This document shows, piece by piece, positions 48,801 through 57,062 of a DNA stretch of 64,000 nt. The position numbers were made by a program, and so were the translations under genes. How positions within the stretch are numbered: the first letter of the stretch is position 1; every line of letters begins with the position of its first letter. Under the pieces are notes generated by a model that had not been told where the DNA came from, did not search any database, and saw only the letters and a list, made by a program, of their open reading frames with translations. Source of the stretch: an uncultured bacterium (GTDB lineage Bacteria; Pseudomonadota; Gammaproteobacteria; Burkholderiales; SG8-39); the NCBI GenBank assembly GCA_965233125.1, contig CBDDRQ010000030.1, positions 16,419-80,418 on the forward strand, in the 5' to 3' direction.

Positions 48801-48985
48801 AGCGAGGCCGCCAGCGCGCGCATCTCAGGCGTCTCGACAACGGGGTAGGTGGCCCTCCCCCAGACAAAGCTTCCCGTGACGTGCGCCGCACCGTTGCCGG
48901 TGGACTTCTTAGGGGCAGGTGGTACAGGAGCGGTGAGCTTCTTGAGCTTTTCCTGCCGCCGCCGGTTGATGCCGTCGAAGCTCAT
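45833..48985 (-). CDS. primase-helicase (AEP-like N-terminal region plus P4/D5-family SF3 helicase)
   Basis: ILMLDHD (DxD-like) in the N-terminal half. P4-family C-terminal Walker A FFAIGYGSNGKNA and the downstream ...LMPFDRQW... region. 1050 aa. Confidence 0.75.
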   Translation of the reverse strand: MSFDGINRRRQEKLKKLTAPVPPAPKKSTGNGAAHVTGSFVWGRATYPVVETPEMRALAASLPVGPSSPVAQTPAGLATGPKPTERKPAEPVDESQPFTVTRITNDSGLLAKKFWLKDGKLTKSTRAFLKRGRADRIKVDGLEGLTELLASLTHKQALAYGITTKKSVSLVTKDEQAAYPGSLARTNENFSWPAGPAILMLDHDAEHVEGIYTPETLRAVLLKAEPELAHAPMMWTASSSSYIVNADEDEVVIPLRGQRIYIPVVDGRDIPRVLAVIYERLWLAGFGCFIVSGSGRLLDRNIIDASVGQPERLDFAAGAMCVPPLEQRRPEPRIWGDPNVLFDTRRIADLTPQEHKDVEDLRRTARALRGEEAERVSQAWVEQHVARLAKRGVAPERAREIARAATEGQELTAEFQLVSKDGVVVTVGEVLDDPGTWHGKHFADPIEPGYRGDGRIAYANLQGGRPYIYSHAHGGLRYELARKSVLDEFADLDAEIEAEIADEALVSGPQAAREKIAAAGLAEKETAALVERVRKLGIEMPMPAPKPEPVPDTDFDDTTTDWTDAGNANLLRSITKGNLRYVLERKEWIFWNGEKWLVDVGSAHAHRQALRVSRYYKDKARKISAQNANDEGTNKKIKKSAKELMAWAHNCRSRKAVSAMLDFLSKAKGIAISATELDRDPWLLGVQNGVVDLRTGTLRPEGRDDFVTKRCSVAYRPTAKCPRWVLFIDEVTGSPTPVEYDRNGKLDPASVGRYRKRPQLAVYVQRMFGYCLTGVTREHLMFFAIGYGSNGKNAAIDRFQSIGGDYVVNIPPAALMVTRFDVDAERPTPTTASLAGARLAISSESKPGQRLDPEIVKRHTGDNKLTGRLMRENNITFDITHKLLLPTNSQPRIEHLDDAIRGRLHLMPFDRQWNRPATTEYNPALPDGDKELAEKLKAEEEGILVWSVEGAVLYAKEGLQPPPEIVARTRDYFREQDLLGQWLEDYERCEERQGTPAGVLFDAFRAWCREREEDESPDTQKAFSQALQRRGYRVKEAQKGNLYPLRQRLV

Positions 48986-49001
48986 GACAGCGCTCTCCTG
49001 G

Positions 49002-49376
49002 TTACGCTAAATCTTCAACTGCGTTCAGCGGCTTCTCCTGCGCGGCCTTCCACCGCACGTGTTCCGCCTCGATCCTCATGCTTTCCATGCTCGCGTCTTT
49101 CAGGGACTCGTAGATCGCGATGCCGGGCTGGATGACGGTGCCGTCGGGCGCGCACACGCCCCAGCACTCGTCGCCCGCGGCCATACCGTCACCCTCGATG
49201 GCGCGCGTCTTGATGTACGGCGCATCGTGGCCTCGCTCGAAACAAAGGGTGATGTGCCACGCGATGATCGCAGCGCCAATGAAGAGCTCGCCGTCGTCGT
49301 GTCTTCCGTACACGGTGCTCCAACCCGGCTGCGTCGGGATGACGCTGTGCTGCTCTCTGTCTTCGGTAATTTTCAT
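49002..49376 (-). CDS. hypothetical protein (124 aa)
   Basis: ATG is preceded by AGGAGA. No motif recognised. Confidence 0.5.
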   Translation of the reverse strand: MKITEDREQHSVIPTQPGWSTVYGRHDDGELFIGAAIIAWHITLCFERGHDAPYIKTRAIEGDGMAAGDECWGVCAPDGTVIQPGIAIYESLKDASMESMRIEAEHVRWKAAQEKPLNAVEDLA

Positions 49377-49645
49377 AATGCTCTCCTATGGTTAAGCCTA
49401 AGTCTTCAGCTGAACGCGGCTTCTCCGCCGCGTATCTAGCGGTCTGGTAGTGCTTTGCGTATTCGATTTGTTCAACGATCTGCTCGCACATCGCGGCGAC
49501 GGCCTCTGCCTTGGACGCCCACCACTCGTCCTCACCTGGGTACGACGAGTACTCTCCCGCGCGGCGATCGCCCAGCGCGTATGCCACCGCAATGGCGACG
49601 GTGTTGAACTTCTTCTCTCCTCGGGAGCGACTTCGTGGAATCCGA

Positions 49646-50200
49646 TCATCGCGGGCTCGGAATCCAGGTGAGGGCAGCCAGAACAGCCTCTCCCTCGTTT
49701 GGGGCAACGACGAAGTGCCCGTTAACCGTGTCGAGCCGCTGCTCCTCACCCGCCGCTGCGGCGCGAACGAGGGCGTCTATTACATCGGCGTGCCGGAACT
49801 CCTCGGCCACCAGTTCCTCGACCTTCACGCTGCGCCGCCGCTCCATCAGACGGGCGATGGCGTGTGGCGTGATGTGGAGCAGGACCGCCCCACCCAAGGC
49901 GTCGCTGCGCGTGTTCTTCCGCAGCACCGCGATGCCCGCGCTTCCGGGCTCATCCAAGGGTGCCGCTACGAAGTACGTAAGCGTGCGGCCGTCGACGCGC
50001 CAGCCCAACAGCAGCTGGCCCCAGCGCGCGCGCAGGAGCATCATCAGCTGACGCAGCCTGGCCTTGGAACTCCGGCTCGGATGGATGTTAGGCACCGCGG
50101 CTCCTTCCTCCAGCTGATCGCTAACCATCTTCAGGCGGCCGATAGCGATCTTCCGCGCGGTGCGCTCGTCCAGGCGGTCCTCCACCCGGCCGCTGCTCAT
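49646..50200 (-). CDS. hypothetical protein (184 aa)
   Basis: ATG at 50200 overlaps the upstream stop (ATGA). Translation MSSGRVEDRLDERTARKIAIGRLKM... is protein-like. The upstream part of the 285-aa ORF is Arg/Pro-rich. Confidence 0.5.
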   Translation of the reverse strand: MSSGRVEDRLDERTARKIAIGRLKMVSDQLEEGAAVPNIHPSRSSKARLRQLMMLLRARWGQLLLGWRVDGRTLTYFVAAPLDEPGSAGIAVLRKNTRSDALGGAVLLHITPHAIARLMERRRSVKVEELVAEEFRHADVIDALVRAAAAGEEQRLDTVNGHFVVAPNEGEAVLAALTWIPSPR

Positions 50201-50430
50201 GACGTGGCCTCCTGCAGGCGCTCGTGGGCTTGCAGAACGCCAAGCTCGCGACCCAGTTCTTCGAGGTCGACGTGCTTCGCGGCGATGCCATAGATGCGCC
50301 AGTCGAGGATGTAGTAGTCGCCGACGTCTAGGCGCAGGCGCTCGCCGCGCGTGACCTTGAGCACCTCGTCGTTGTGCACGAGCTTGCGGTTGATGCGGCT
50401 GATCAAAGCTGATTTGGTGATGTTCGTCAT
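50197..50430 (-). CDS. hypothetical small protein (77 aa)
   Basis: ATG at 50430 overlaps the AlpA-like gene stop (ATGA) and is preceded by GGGAGA. Confidence 0.45.
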   Translation of the reverse strand: MTNITKSALISRINRKLVHNDEVLKVTRGERLRLDVGDYYILDWRIYGIAAKHVDLEELGRELGVLQAHERLQEATS

Positions 50431-50750
50431 GGTTGATCTCCCGTTGGCTGCTGCTCCGGCTCGGCCCACGGCTCGCCGCGCGCGAGGGAGGCGCGATAGG
50501 CAATGATTTGCGCGCCGGTCAGGAGCCTCACCTTGCCGACCTTCTGCGGCCGAGGGAACCGGCCCTCTCGGATCATCTTGTCGACCGTCGACTCGCCGTG
50601 GTGCAGGAAGTTGAGCGCTTCCTTCAGGGTGAAGTTCTCGTCCGGCGTGAGCGGCGGGAGCGGGCGGCGCACCTTCTGGCCGCGCTTCCGCGCATTGCGC
50701 GTGCCCTTCGGCCTGCCGCGCCCGCGTGGTGCTGTGGTGGTGGTAATCAC
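50427..50750 (-). CDS. AlpA/excisionase-type HTH DNA-binding protein
   Basis: FTLKEALNFLHHGESTVDKMIREGRFPRPQKVGKVRLLTGAQIIAY matches the AlpA/Xis-like MerR-type HTH. GTG at 50750 is preceded by GAGGAA. A longer alternative start lies at 50873. Confidence 0.6.
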   Translation of the reverse strand: MITTTTAPRGRGRPKGTRNARKRGQKVRRPLPPLTPDENFTLKEALNFLHHGESTVDKMIREGRFPRPQKVGKVRLLTGAQIIAYRASLARGEPWAEPEQQPTGDQP

Positions 50751-50963
50751 TGTTCGTTCCTCGTATGAAAAGCTAAGCGAGGCGCGATTAAGACACGCAA
50801 TTTGGTGCAGCAAATCGGACGCTACTTTTTTCACCAGATGCGAGCTACGCACTGGCGACTTCAAGTCGTTCAACGTGCTGAAGATTTACTGCAGAAAAAT
50901 AATTCAAAGAAAAGGGCCACTCGATGGTGGCCCTCGGTGCTGCGGCAGGAAAGCGGGGGTGTC

Positions 50964-51335
50964 CTACACTTCGAGGTTGTCGACCACCCTGTTGGCCTTG
51001 AGCACGCGCGGTGACTTCTTCGCGTAATTGTATTGGCGCAGGAGCGCCTCATACCTAGTGCGCCTGTAGAGCGGCGTCGCGCGGACCACCGCGACCGCCG
51101 TGCGCTCGTTGCAGTGCTTGCGCTCGATCACGACGCGCACGTCCAGCCAGAGCCACATCAACTCCACGTGGGTCCAGCGCTTACGCCGACCGAGGGGCTT
51201 CTTCGGTCGGCGCTGCTTGAGCAGCAGCGCCGTGTTGGCTTCCAGCAGCGCCGTGATCCGCGCCGTGTTGGCTTCCAGCAGCGCCGTGACGGCTTCGATG
51301 GCCTTGATCGCCGCAGCTTCCCTCGCGGTTCTCAC
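50964..51335 (-). CDS. hypothetical protein (123 aa) with an internal 11-aa duplication
   Basis: GTG start overlaps the integrase stop (GTGA). Contains TALLEANTARI/TALLEANTALL, encoded by a 33-bp tandem repeat. Confidence 0.45.
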   Translation of the reverse strand: MRTAREAAAIKAIEAVTALLEANTARITALLEANTALLLKQRRPKKPLGRRKRWTHVELMWLWLDVRVVIERKHCNERTAVAVVRATPLYRRTRYEALLRQYNYAKKSPRVLKANRVVDNLEV

Positions 51336-52582
51336 GCTGCCACCGTGAGAGGGATCACGTTCTTCGGCGCGGCGAACGCCAGCCGCTCAAGGTGATCGCG
51401 CGCGTGCTCGGCAACGAGGTGGCCGTAGCTGGCCTGAATCATCTGCAGGCTCGTCCCGGCCACCTTGCTGACCGTCATCAGGTCGCATCCGCCGACGATA
51501 AGGCTGGTGATGAGCGAATGGCGCAGCGTGTAGAGGCAAGCCGCCGTCGGCAGCCCAGCCGCCTTGACCGCGCGTCTGATCGGCCGCCCCCACCCGTTGG
51601 CGTCCCACTGCGTGCCGTCGGCGCGCGAGAACAACCAGTCGTCCGGCTGCTTGCCTGCCGCCTGCTGCTGGAAGAATGCCAGCATCGAACTGCCGAGCGG
51701 GATGATGCGCGGCTCGGTCTTCGCCTGCGGAATCTCCAGCACGCGCTCGCGCACGTTCAGCATGTTCACCCGCAGCGCCGCCATCTCGCCGGGGCGCATC
51801 GGCAGCATCGCTAGCGCGGCGACCATGGGCCGGACATCTTCGCTGCAGGCATCGACGAGTTGCTGGCGCTCGTCCCGGTCGAGGGTCAGCGTGCGGCGCT
51901 TGCCGGCGCTGTGCCGATTCTCCAGTTGCTTGAGCGCCCTGAGCCACGGCCGGGTCGTGACCTTGCGATCCTCGTGCGCCAAGTTCAGCGCGGCGCGCGG
52001 CGCGACCAGCGACCTATTGAAGCTGCTCGTGTGCTCCACGCCGCCGGCACGTTCGAGCAGCCTCGCACGCCACGCCATGCACTGCGACTCGGTCAGCTTG
52101 GGAAGCAGGACGCCGGCAATCTGGTCTTCGTAGATCGCGCGGCGGATGTGGGCCTCGGCGTAGCCTGCAGCCTTGGCGCCCTCTTCGGTGCGCTTGCGCT
52201 CGACGTAGGCTTCGCCGGCCTGCCGCACGGTGATCGCCTCGGTGGAGCCACCAGCGGCGTGGTGCGCGAAGAAGGGCGCGGCCTTCGCGACGGCGGCGTC
52301 GTAGCGCTCGCCTTCAGGCTTGTCGGCGAAGTCGCCCAGCGAGCACTGCGCGTACTTCCTCTCGCTGTCGAGCCACGTTCGGGCCAACCAGCTGCCGGGC
52401 CGGCCTCTGGTCATGAACCGATAGCCGATGAAGGAGCCGCTCTTGACCATCTTCCAGTGAGGCTGGCGGCGGGGGGCTAGCTCTGCGCGACGGTCGGCGC
52501 GCTCGATGGAGGTTATGCTTCGTTGCTTGCGCTTCGGGGTGTTTTGAAGGGGTGCTGCGGCGACTGCGGCGTTGCTGGTCAT
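51332..52582 (-). CDS. int: tyrosine site-specific recombinase (phage integrase family)
   Basis: C-terminal catalytic region LYTLRHSLITSLIVGGCDLMTVSKVAGTSLQMIQASYGHL (HxxR ... Y). N-terminal SGSFIGYRF...WLARTW arm-binding-like segment. About 200 bp from the right direct repeat. Confidence 0.9.
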   Translation of the reverse strand: MTSNAAVAAAPLQNTPKRKQRSITSIERADRRAELAPRRQPHWKMVKSGSFIGYRFMTRGRPGSWLARTWLDSERKYAQCSLGDFADKPEGERYDAAVAKAAPFFAHHAAGGSTEAITVRQAGEAYVERKRTEEGAKAAGYAEAHIRRAIYEDQIAGVLLPKLTESQCMAWRARLLERAGGVEHTSSFNRSLVAPRAALNLAHEDRKVTTRPWLRALKQLENRHSAGKRRTLTLDRDERQQLVDACSEDVRPMVAALAMLPMRPGEMAALRVNMLNVRERVLEIPQAKTEPRIIPLGSSMLAFFQQQAAGKQPDDWLFSRADGTQWDANGWGRPIRRAVKAAGLPTAACLYTLRHSLITSLIVGGCDLMTVSKVAGTSLQMIQASYGHLVAEHARDHLERLAFAAPKNVIPLTVAA

Positions 52583-52786
52583 TCTCGGCCTCCGAGGCCG
52601 CCGACCGTTTAGCTGGTTGTGGTACCGCCACTCGCCGCAAGTTGGTCGGCATAAATCGCGAGTGCAAAGCGAGTATGCAGATATGTCATGCGAGAAGCAA
52701 TAGCTACCGCTTAACTTGATTTATGCTGTTCTTAGTTGGATCAACACACTTAGATGAATTCTCTTAAACCAACTTATATTCTTAAC

Positions 52787-52801
52787 GTCCCCATTTAGGG
52801 C
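52787..52801. repeat. attR-like direct repeat GTCCCCATTTAGGGC
   Basis: Identical to 5791-5805. Preceded by an AT-rich stretch. Ends 1 nt before the ATG at 52802. Confidence 0.75.
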
Positions 52802-53791
52802 ATGGCCGAGCTCGTCGCCGCTTTCGGCTCGTCGCACAGCCCGGCGCTGAACAGCCCGGCCGAGGACATGGCCGGGCACGCGCGGCGCGACGAGCTCTAC
52901 GCGCACCACCTCGACCGCGAGGGCCGGCGGGTCAGCTACCAGGAGTTGCTGCGCACCGCGCCGCCGGGCCTGGAAAGCCGGATTGCTCCGGATGAGCTGC
53001 AAACGCGCGTCGCCGCTTGCGAGGCGGCGGTGCGGCGGCTGCGCGAGTCGATCGCCGCGGCGCGCCTGGACGCGCTCATCGTGGTCGGCGACGACCAGCA
53101 CGAGCAGTACTTCGAGGAGAACATGCCGGCCTTCCTCGTCTACTGCGGCGCGCGCATCGCCAACGGCCCCCTCGATCTCCCCGAAGGCGCGCCGGCGTAC
53201 TGGCGCCGCGCGCGCGCGCAGTACCACGAGCCCGAGGGCACGCGCGAGTACCCCGTGGCGGCGGAGCTGGGGAGGCACCTCACGGATTTTCTCCTCGACC
53301 ATCATTTCGATATCTCCCATGGCACGAGCCTGCCGAAAGCGAGGGGCGAGGGCCACGCCTTCGGCTTCGTGCACCGGCGCCTGCTCGCCGAGCCGCCGCT
53401 GCCCATCCTGCCGCTCGTGGTCAACACCTACTACCCGCCCAACCAGCCGCGGCCGGGCCGGTGCTTTGCCCTCGGGCAGGCTGTCCGGGCCGCCGTACAG
53501 ACCTTTGCTTCCCCACAACGCATCGGAATTTTGGCTTCGGGGGGCCTGAGCCACTTCACCGTAGACGAGGATCTCGACCGGCGCGTGCTCGAGGCGTGCC
53601 GCAGCGCGGACGCAGCGGCCTTCGCCGCGCTGCCGCTCGCCAGGCTCGAGTCCGGCAGCTCGGAGATCCGCAACTGGATCGTTGCCGCCGGCGCGGCCGA
53701 GAAGCTGGCCACCGCGTGGCAGGAATACGTGCCGCTCTACCGCACCGCGGCAGGCACCGGCTGCGGCATGGCGTTCGCCGCCTGGGGCTGA
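52802..53791 (+). CDS. class III (LigB-type) extradiol ring-cleavage dioxygenase family protein
   Basis: N-terminal FGSSHSP, plus DALIVVGDDQHE and ASGGLSHF, are typical of LigB/protocatechuate 4,5-dioxygenase-like enzymes. Confidence 0.7.
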   Translation: MAELVAAFGSSHSPALNSPAEDMAGHARRDELYAHHLDREGRRVSYQELLRTAPPGLESRIAPDELQTRVAACEAAVRRLRESIAAARLDALIVVGDDQHEQYFEENMPAFLVYCGARIANGPLDLPEGAPAYWRRARAQYHEPEGTREYPVAAELGRHLTDFLLDHHFDISHGTSLPKARGEGHAFGFVHRRLLAEPPLPILPLVVNTYYPPNQPRPGRCFALGQAVRAAVQTFASPQRIGILASGGLSHFTVDEDLDRRVLEACRSADAAAFAALPLARLESGSSEIRNWIVAAGAAEKLATAWQEYVPLYRTAAGTGCGMAFAAWG

Positions 53792-53834
53792 CCCCGTGCT
53801 AACCTTCGCGCGCACCCATCCAGGAGGAGGGCTC

Positions 53835-54797
53835 ATGCTGAAATCCATCGCTAGAATCTCTGCCGCGGCCGCCGCCGCCGTGGCGCTCGGCGCCTCGGCG
53901 CAGCAGGTTTCGCTCGGCACCTCGGCCGCGGGCTCGATCTACCACCAGACCGGCTCGGTGATCGCGAAGCTCCTGAACGAGAAGGGCGGCGTGCAGACCA
54001 CGATACAGCCCTTCGCCAGCCCCAACGTCTTCATCCCGGCGATCAACGCCGGCGAGATGCAGCTGGGCATGGCCAACATCGCCGAGGTGAGCTACGCGCT
54101 CGAGGGCACCGAGCACTTCCAGGGGCGTGCGCACAAGGACCTGCGCGTGGTGGCGATTGCCTTCCCGCTGCGCTCGACGGTGTTCGTGCGCAAGGACTCG
54201 CCCATCCGGAGCTTCGCGGACCTCAAGGGCCGCCCGGCCCTGGACGGCTTTACCAGCCAGCGCATCATCCTGCCGCTGCTCGACGCGATGTACGCCACCG
54301 CCGGGATGACGCGCAAGGACGTGAAGCCGGTGCAGGTGCCCACCGTCGTCGTGGGCGCCGACCTCTTCGCCTCCGGCAAGGTCGACATGTTCTTCTTCGC
54401 CATCGGCGCGCCCAAGCCCCGCGAGGTGGACGCCGCGGTGGGGGGCATCCGCATGCTCTCGCTGCCGAACACGCCCGAGGCGCTGGCGGCCGTGCGCAAG
54501 CACTATCCTCACGGCTACCTGCGCCTGGAGCAGCCCAACCCCGGCAACGTGGGCGTGCTCGAGCCGGGCTACTCGCTCGCCTACGACGCGCTGGTCTTCG
54601 CGGGCGCGAAGACGCCGGACAACGTCGCCTACCAGGTCGCGAAGGTGATGCACGGGAACGCGAAGGAGATGGGCGAGGGCGCGCCGCCGCTGCGCCTGTT
54701 CGACCCGAAGCAGATGGCGAAGGACGCCGCGCCGCTCGCTTACCACCCCGGGGCGGTGAAGTTCTACAAAGAAGCGGGGATCTGGCAGGGCAAGTGA
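53835..54797 (+). CDS. TRAP transporter solute receptor, TAXI family
   Basis: Signal peptide MLKSIARISAAAAAAVALGASA, then LGTSAAGSIYHQTGSVIAKLL, and the C-terminal YHPGAVKFYKEAGIW typical of TAXI receptors. GGAGGAGG RBS. Confidence 0.85.
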   Translation: MLKSIARISAAAAAAVALGASAQQVSLGTSAAGSIYHQTGSVIAKLLNEKGGVQTTIQPFASPNVFIPAINAGEMQLGMANIAEVSYALEGTEHFQGRAHKDLRVVAIAFPLRSTVFVRKDSPIRSFADLKGRPALDGFTSQRIILPLLDAMYATAGMTRKDVKPVQVPTVVVGADLFASGKVDMFFFAIGAPKPREVDAAVGGIRMLSLPNTPEALAAVRKHYPHGYLRLEQPNPGNVGVLEPGYSLAYDALVFAGAKTPDNVAYQVAKVMHGNAKEMGEGAPPLRLFDPKQMAKDAAPLAYHPGAVKFYKEAGIWQGK

Positions 54798-56689
54798 CGC
54801 GCTGGATCACCGGGGGGCTCGCGGTCGCGATCACCCTGGGCGCGGTGCTGTGGTCGATGGGGATCTACCAGATCCTCGCCCTCGAGCTGTACGCGGAGCA
54901 GTTCTCCGCCGCGATGCTCGCCGTCGGGCTCGCGCTCGCGTTCCTGCACCTGCCGGCGCGGCGGCACGCGCCGAAGCCTTTCATCCCCTGGTACGACTGG
55001 GCGCTCGCCCTGGCCGGCGCCGCCGCGGCGATGTACATCGCGGTGCGCTTCCCGCACCTCGTCGACATCATCCTGCTGCGCCCGACCGACGCGGTCGTCG
55101 CCGGCAGCGTGCTGGTCGTGCTGCTTCTGGAGGCGCTGCGCCGCGGCACCGGGCTCACGCTGCCGATCATCGTCGCCGCCTTCATCGTCTACGCGCTCTT
55201 CGCCGACCTGGTGCCGGGGCGGCTCGAGGGCCGCGCCACCGACTGGGGCAAGCTCGTCGCCTACCTCACCATCGACCTGAACGGCATGCTCGGGCTGCCG
55301 CTGCGCATCGGCACCACCATCGTGGTGACCTTCATCCTGTTCGGCGGCCTGCTCGGCGCCACCGGCGGCTCGCGCTTCTTCACCGAGCTCGCGCTCGCCG
55401 CGATGGGGCGCTTCCGCGGCGGCTCGGCGAAGATCGCGGTGCTCGCCTCGGCGCTGTTCGGCTCGATCTCGGGCAGCGCCGTGGCCAACGTCGTCGCCAC
55501 CGGCGTGGTCACCATCCCGATGATCAAGAAAAGCGGCTACGCGCCGCACCAGGCGGGCGCCATCGAGGCGGTGGCCTCCACCGGCGGCCAGCTGATGCCG
55601 CCGGTGATGGGCGCCGCGGCGTTCATCATGGCCGAGTTCCTGCAGGTGCCCTACAGCGCGGTGGTGCTGGCGGCGCTGGTGCCGGCGGCTCTCTACTACA
55701 TCGCGCTCTTCATCCAGGCCGACCTCGAGGCGGCGCGGCTGGGCATCTCGCGCGTGCCCGCCGCGGAGATCCCGCGCTGGCGCGACGTGCTGCCGGGGCT
55801 GCATTTCTTCCTGCCCTTCGTGGTGCTGATCGTGGCGCTGTTCCACTTCAACGAGCAGCCCGAGACCGCGGTGCTGGGCTCGGCGGCGGTGCTGATCGTC
55901 TCCTCGCTCGCCTTCGGCTACCGCGGGCAGCGGCCGCGCCTCGCGCCCATGCTCGATGCGGTGCGCAGCACCGGCATCGCGGTGATCGAGATCATCCTCA
56001 TCACCGCCGCCGCCGGCTTCGTGATCGGCGTGCTGTCGATCTCGGGGCTGGGCTTCAACCTGACGCTCGCGCTGGTGCAGATCGGCGGCGGCAACCTCGT
56101 GCTGCTGCTGCTGCTCTCGGCGGCGGTGTGCATCCTGCTCGGCATGGGCCTGCCCACCGTGGGCGTGTACGTGCTGCTCGCGGCGCTGGTGGCGCCGGCC
56201 ATGGTGAAGGTGGGCATCGAGCCGGTGGCGGCGCACCTCTACGTCATGTACTTCGGCATGATGTCGATGATCACCCCGCCGGTGGCGGTCGCCGCCTTCG
56301 CCGCGGCAAGCATCGCCGGCGCCGACGCGATGCGCACCGGCTGGGCCGCGTGCCGCTTCGGCTGGTCGGCCTTCATCGTGCCGTTCCTGTTCGTGCTCTC
56401 GCCGACGCTGCTGCTCATCGGGCCGGCGGACGCGGTCGCGCTCGCGATCGTCACCGCGGTGCTGGGCATCTGGCTCGTCTCGATCGCCATGGTCGGCTAC
56501 TTCCTGCGCCAGCTCCCGACGGGGCTTCGCTTCGGCTTCGGCGCGGCGGGGCTGCTCTCGCTCATCCCGGCCGGCGCCTTCCCGGGCGCCGCGATCACCG
56601 ACGCCGTGGGCGCCGCGCTCGGCGCGGCGCTCATCGTGCGGGAGTTCTGGCTTCAGCGCGCCGCGGCGCGCATGCCCTCGAGCGCGTAG
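54794..56689 (+). CDS. TRAP transporter fused permease (TAXI-associated)
   Basis: 631-aa polytopic membrane protein. GTGA overlap with the receptor gene. Many hydrophobic helices. Confidence 0.85.
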   Translation: MTRWITGGLAVAITLGAVLWSMGIYQILALELYAEQFSAAMLAVGLALAFLHLPARRHAPKPFIPWYDWALALAGAAAAMYIAVRFPHLVDIILLRPTDAVVAGSVLVVLLLEALRRGTGLTLPIIVAAFIVYALFADLVPGRLEGRATDWGKLVAYLTIDLNGMLGLPLRIGTTIVVTFILFGGLLGATGGSRFFTELALAAMGRFRGGSAKIAVLASALFGSISGSAVANVVATGVVTIPMIKKSGYAPHQAGAIEAVASTGGQLMPPVMGAAAFIMAEFLQVPYSAVVLAALVPAALYYIALFIQADLEAARLGISRVPAAEIPRWRDVLPGLHFFLPFVVLIVALFHFNEQPETAVLGSAAVLIVSSLAFGYRGQRPRLAPMLDAVRSTGIAVIEIILITAAAGFVIGVLSISGLGFNLTLALVQIGGGNLVLLLLLSAAVCILLGMGLPTVGVYVLLAALVAPAMVKVGIEPVAAHLYVMYFGMMSMITPPVAVAAFAAASIAGADAMRTGWAACRFGWSAFIVPFLFVLSPTLLLIGPADAVALAIVTAVLGIWLVSIAMVGYFLRQLPTGLRFGFGAAGLLSLIPAGAFPGAAITDAVGAALGAALIVREFWLQRAAARMPSSA

Positions 56690-56708
56690 AGGCGCCCGCG
56701 GAGCGAGG

Positions 56709-56999
56709 CTAGGCTGCTTGTCTCGTGACCTCGAGAACGTACAGCCGCGTGCGGAACTCCTCGAGCTCCGCGAGGATGCGGCGGCGCACCCAGTTGCCGC
56801 TGCCCACGCCCGAGAACAGCGTCCCGGCGTGCGCTTCCACCGCGGCGAGCCGCGCGCGGCATTCGCCGTCGTCGGCGGCCTTGCCGGCGATGTGGCAGAG
56901 CTTGCGCAGCGTGGCGAGCGAGCTCTCGCTGGCGCGTCCGCCCGGATGGCGGATGACCAGCTCGCGCATGGCGTAGTAGCAGTCGAGGGCGGCGTCCAT
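56709..56999 (-). CDS. hypothetical small protein (96 aa)
   Basis: Strong GC3 bias in this frame. No motif recognised. Confidence 0.4.
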   Translation of the reverse strand: MDAALDCYYAMRELVIRHPGGRASESSLATLRKLCHIAGKAADDGECRARLAAVEAHAGTLFSGVGSGNWVRRRILAELEEFRTRLYVLEVTRQAA

Positions 57000-57062
57000 G
57001 CCCCGATGGTGGACCTGCCGCGCGACCGGAGCGTGACGCGGCCGCAGTCCTTCCGGACTACT

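Larger units (their letters stand above)
5791..52801. mobile_element. integrative genomic island of about 47 kb (integrase, AlpA, P4-family primase backbone) carrying stacked defence-type cargo
   Basis: Bounded by 15-bp perfect direct repeats. Tyrosine integrase at 51332-52582 is adjacent to the right repeat. AlpA-like and primase-helicase genes are present. GC content is visibly lower and codon usage differs from the flanks. Confidence 0.75.
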
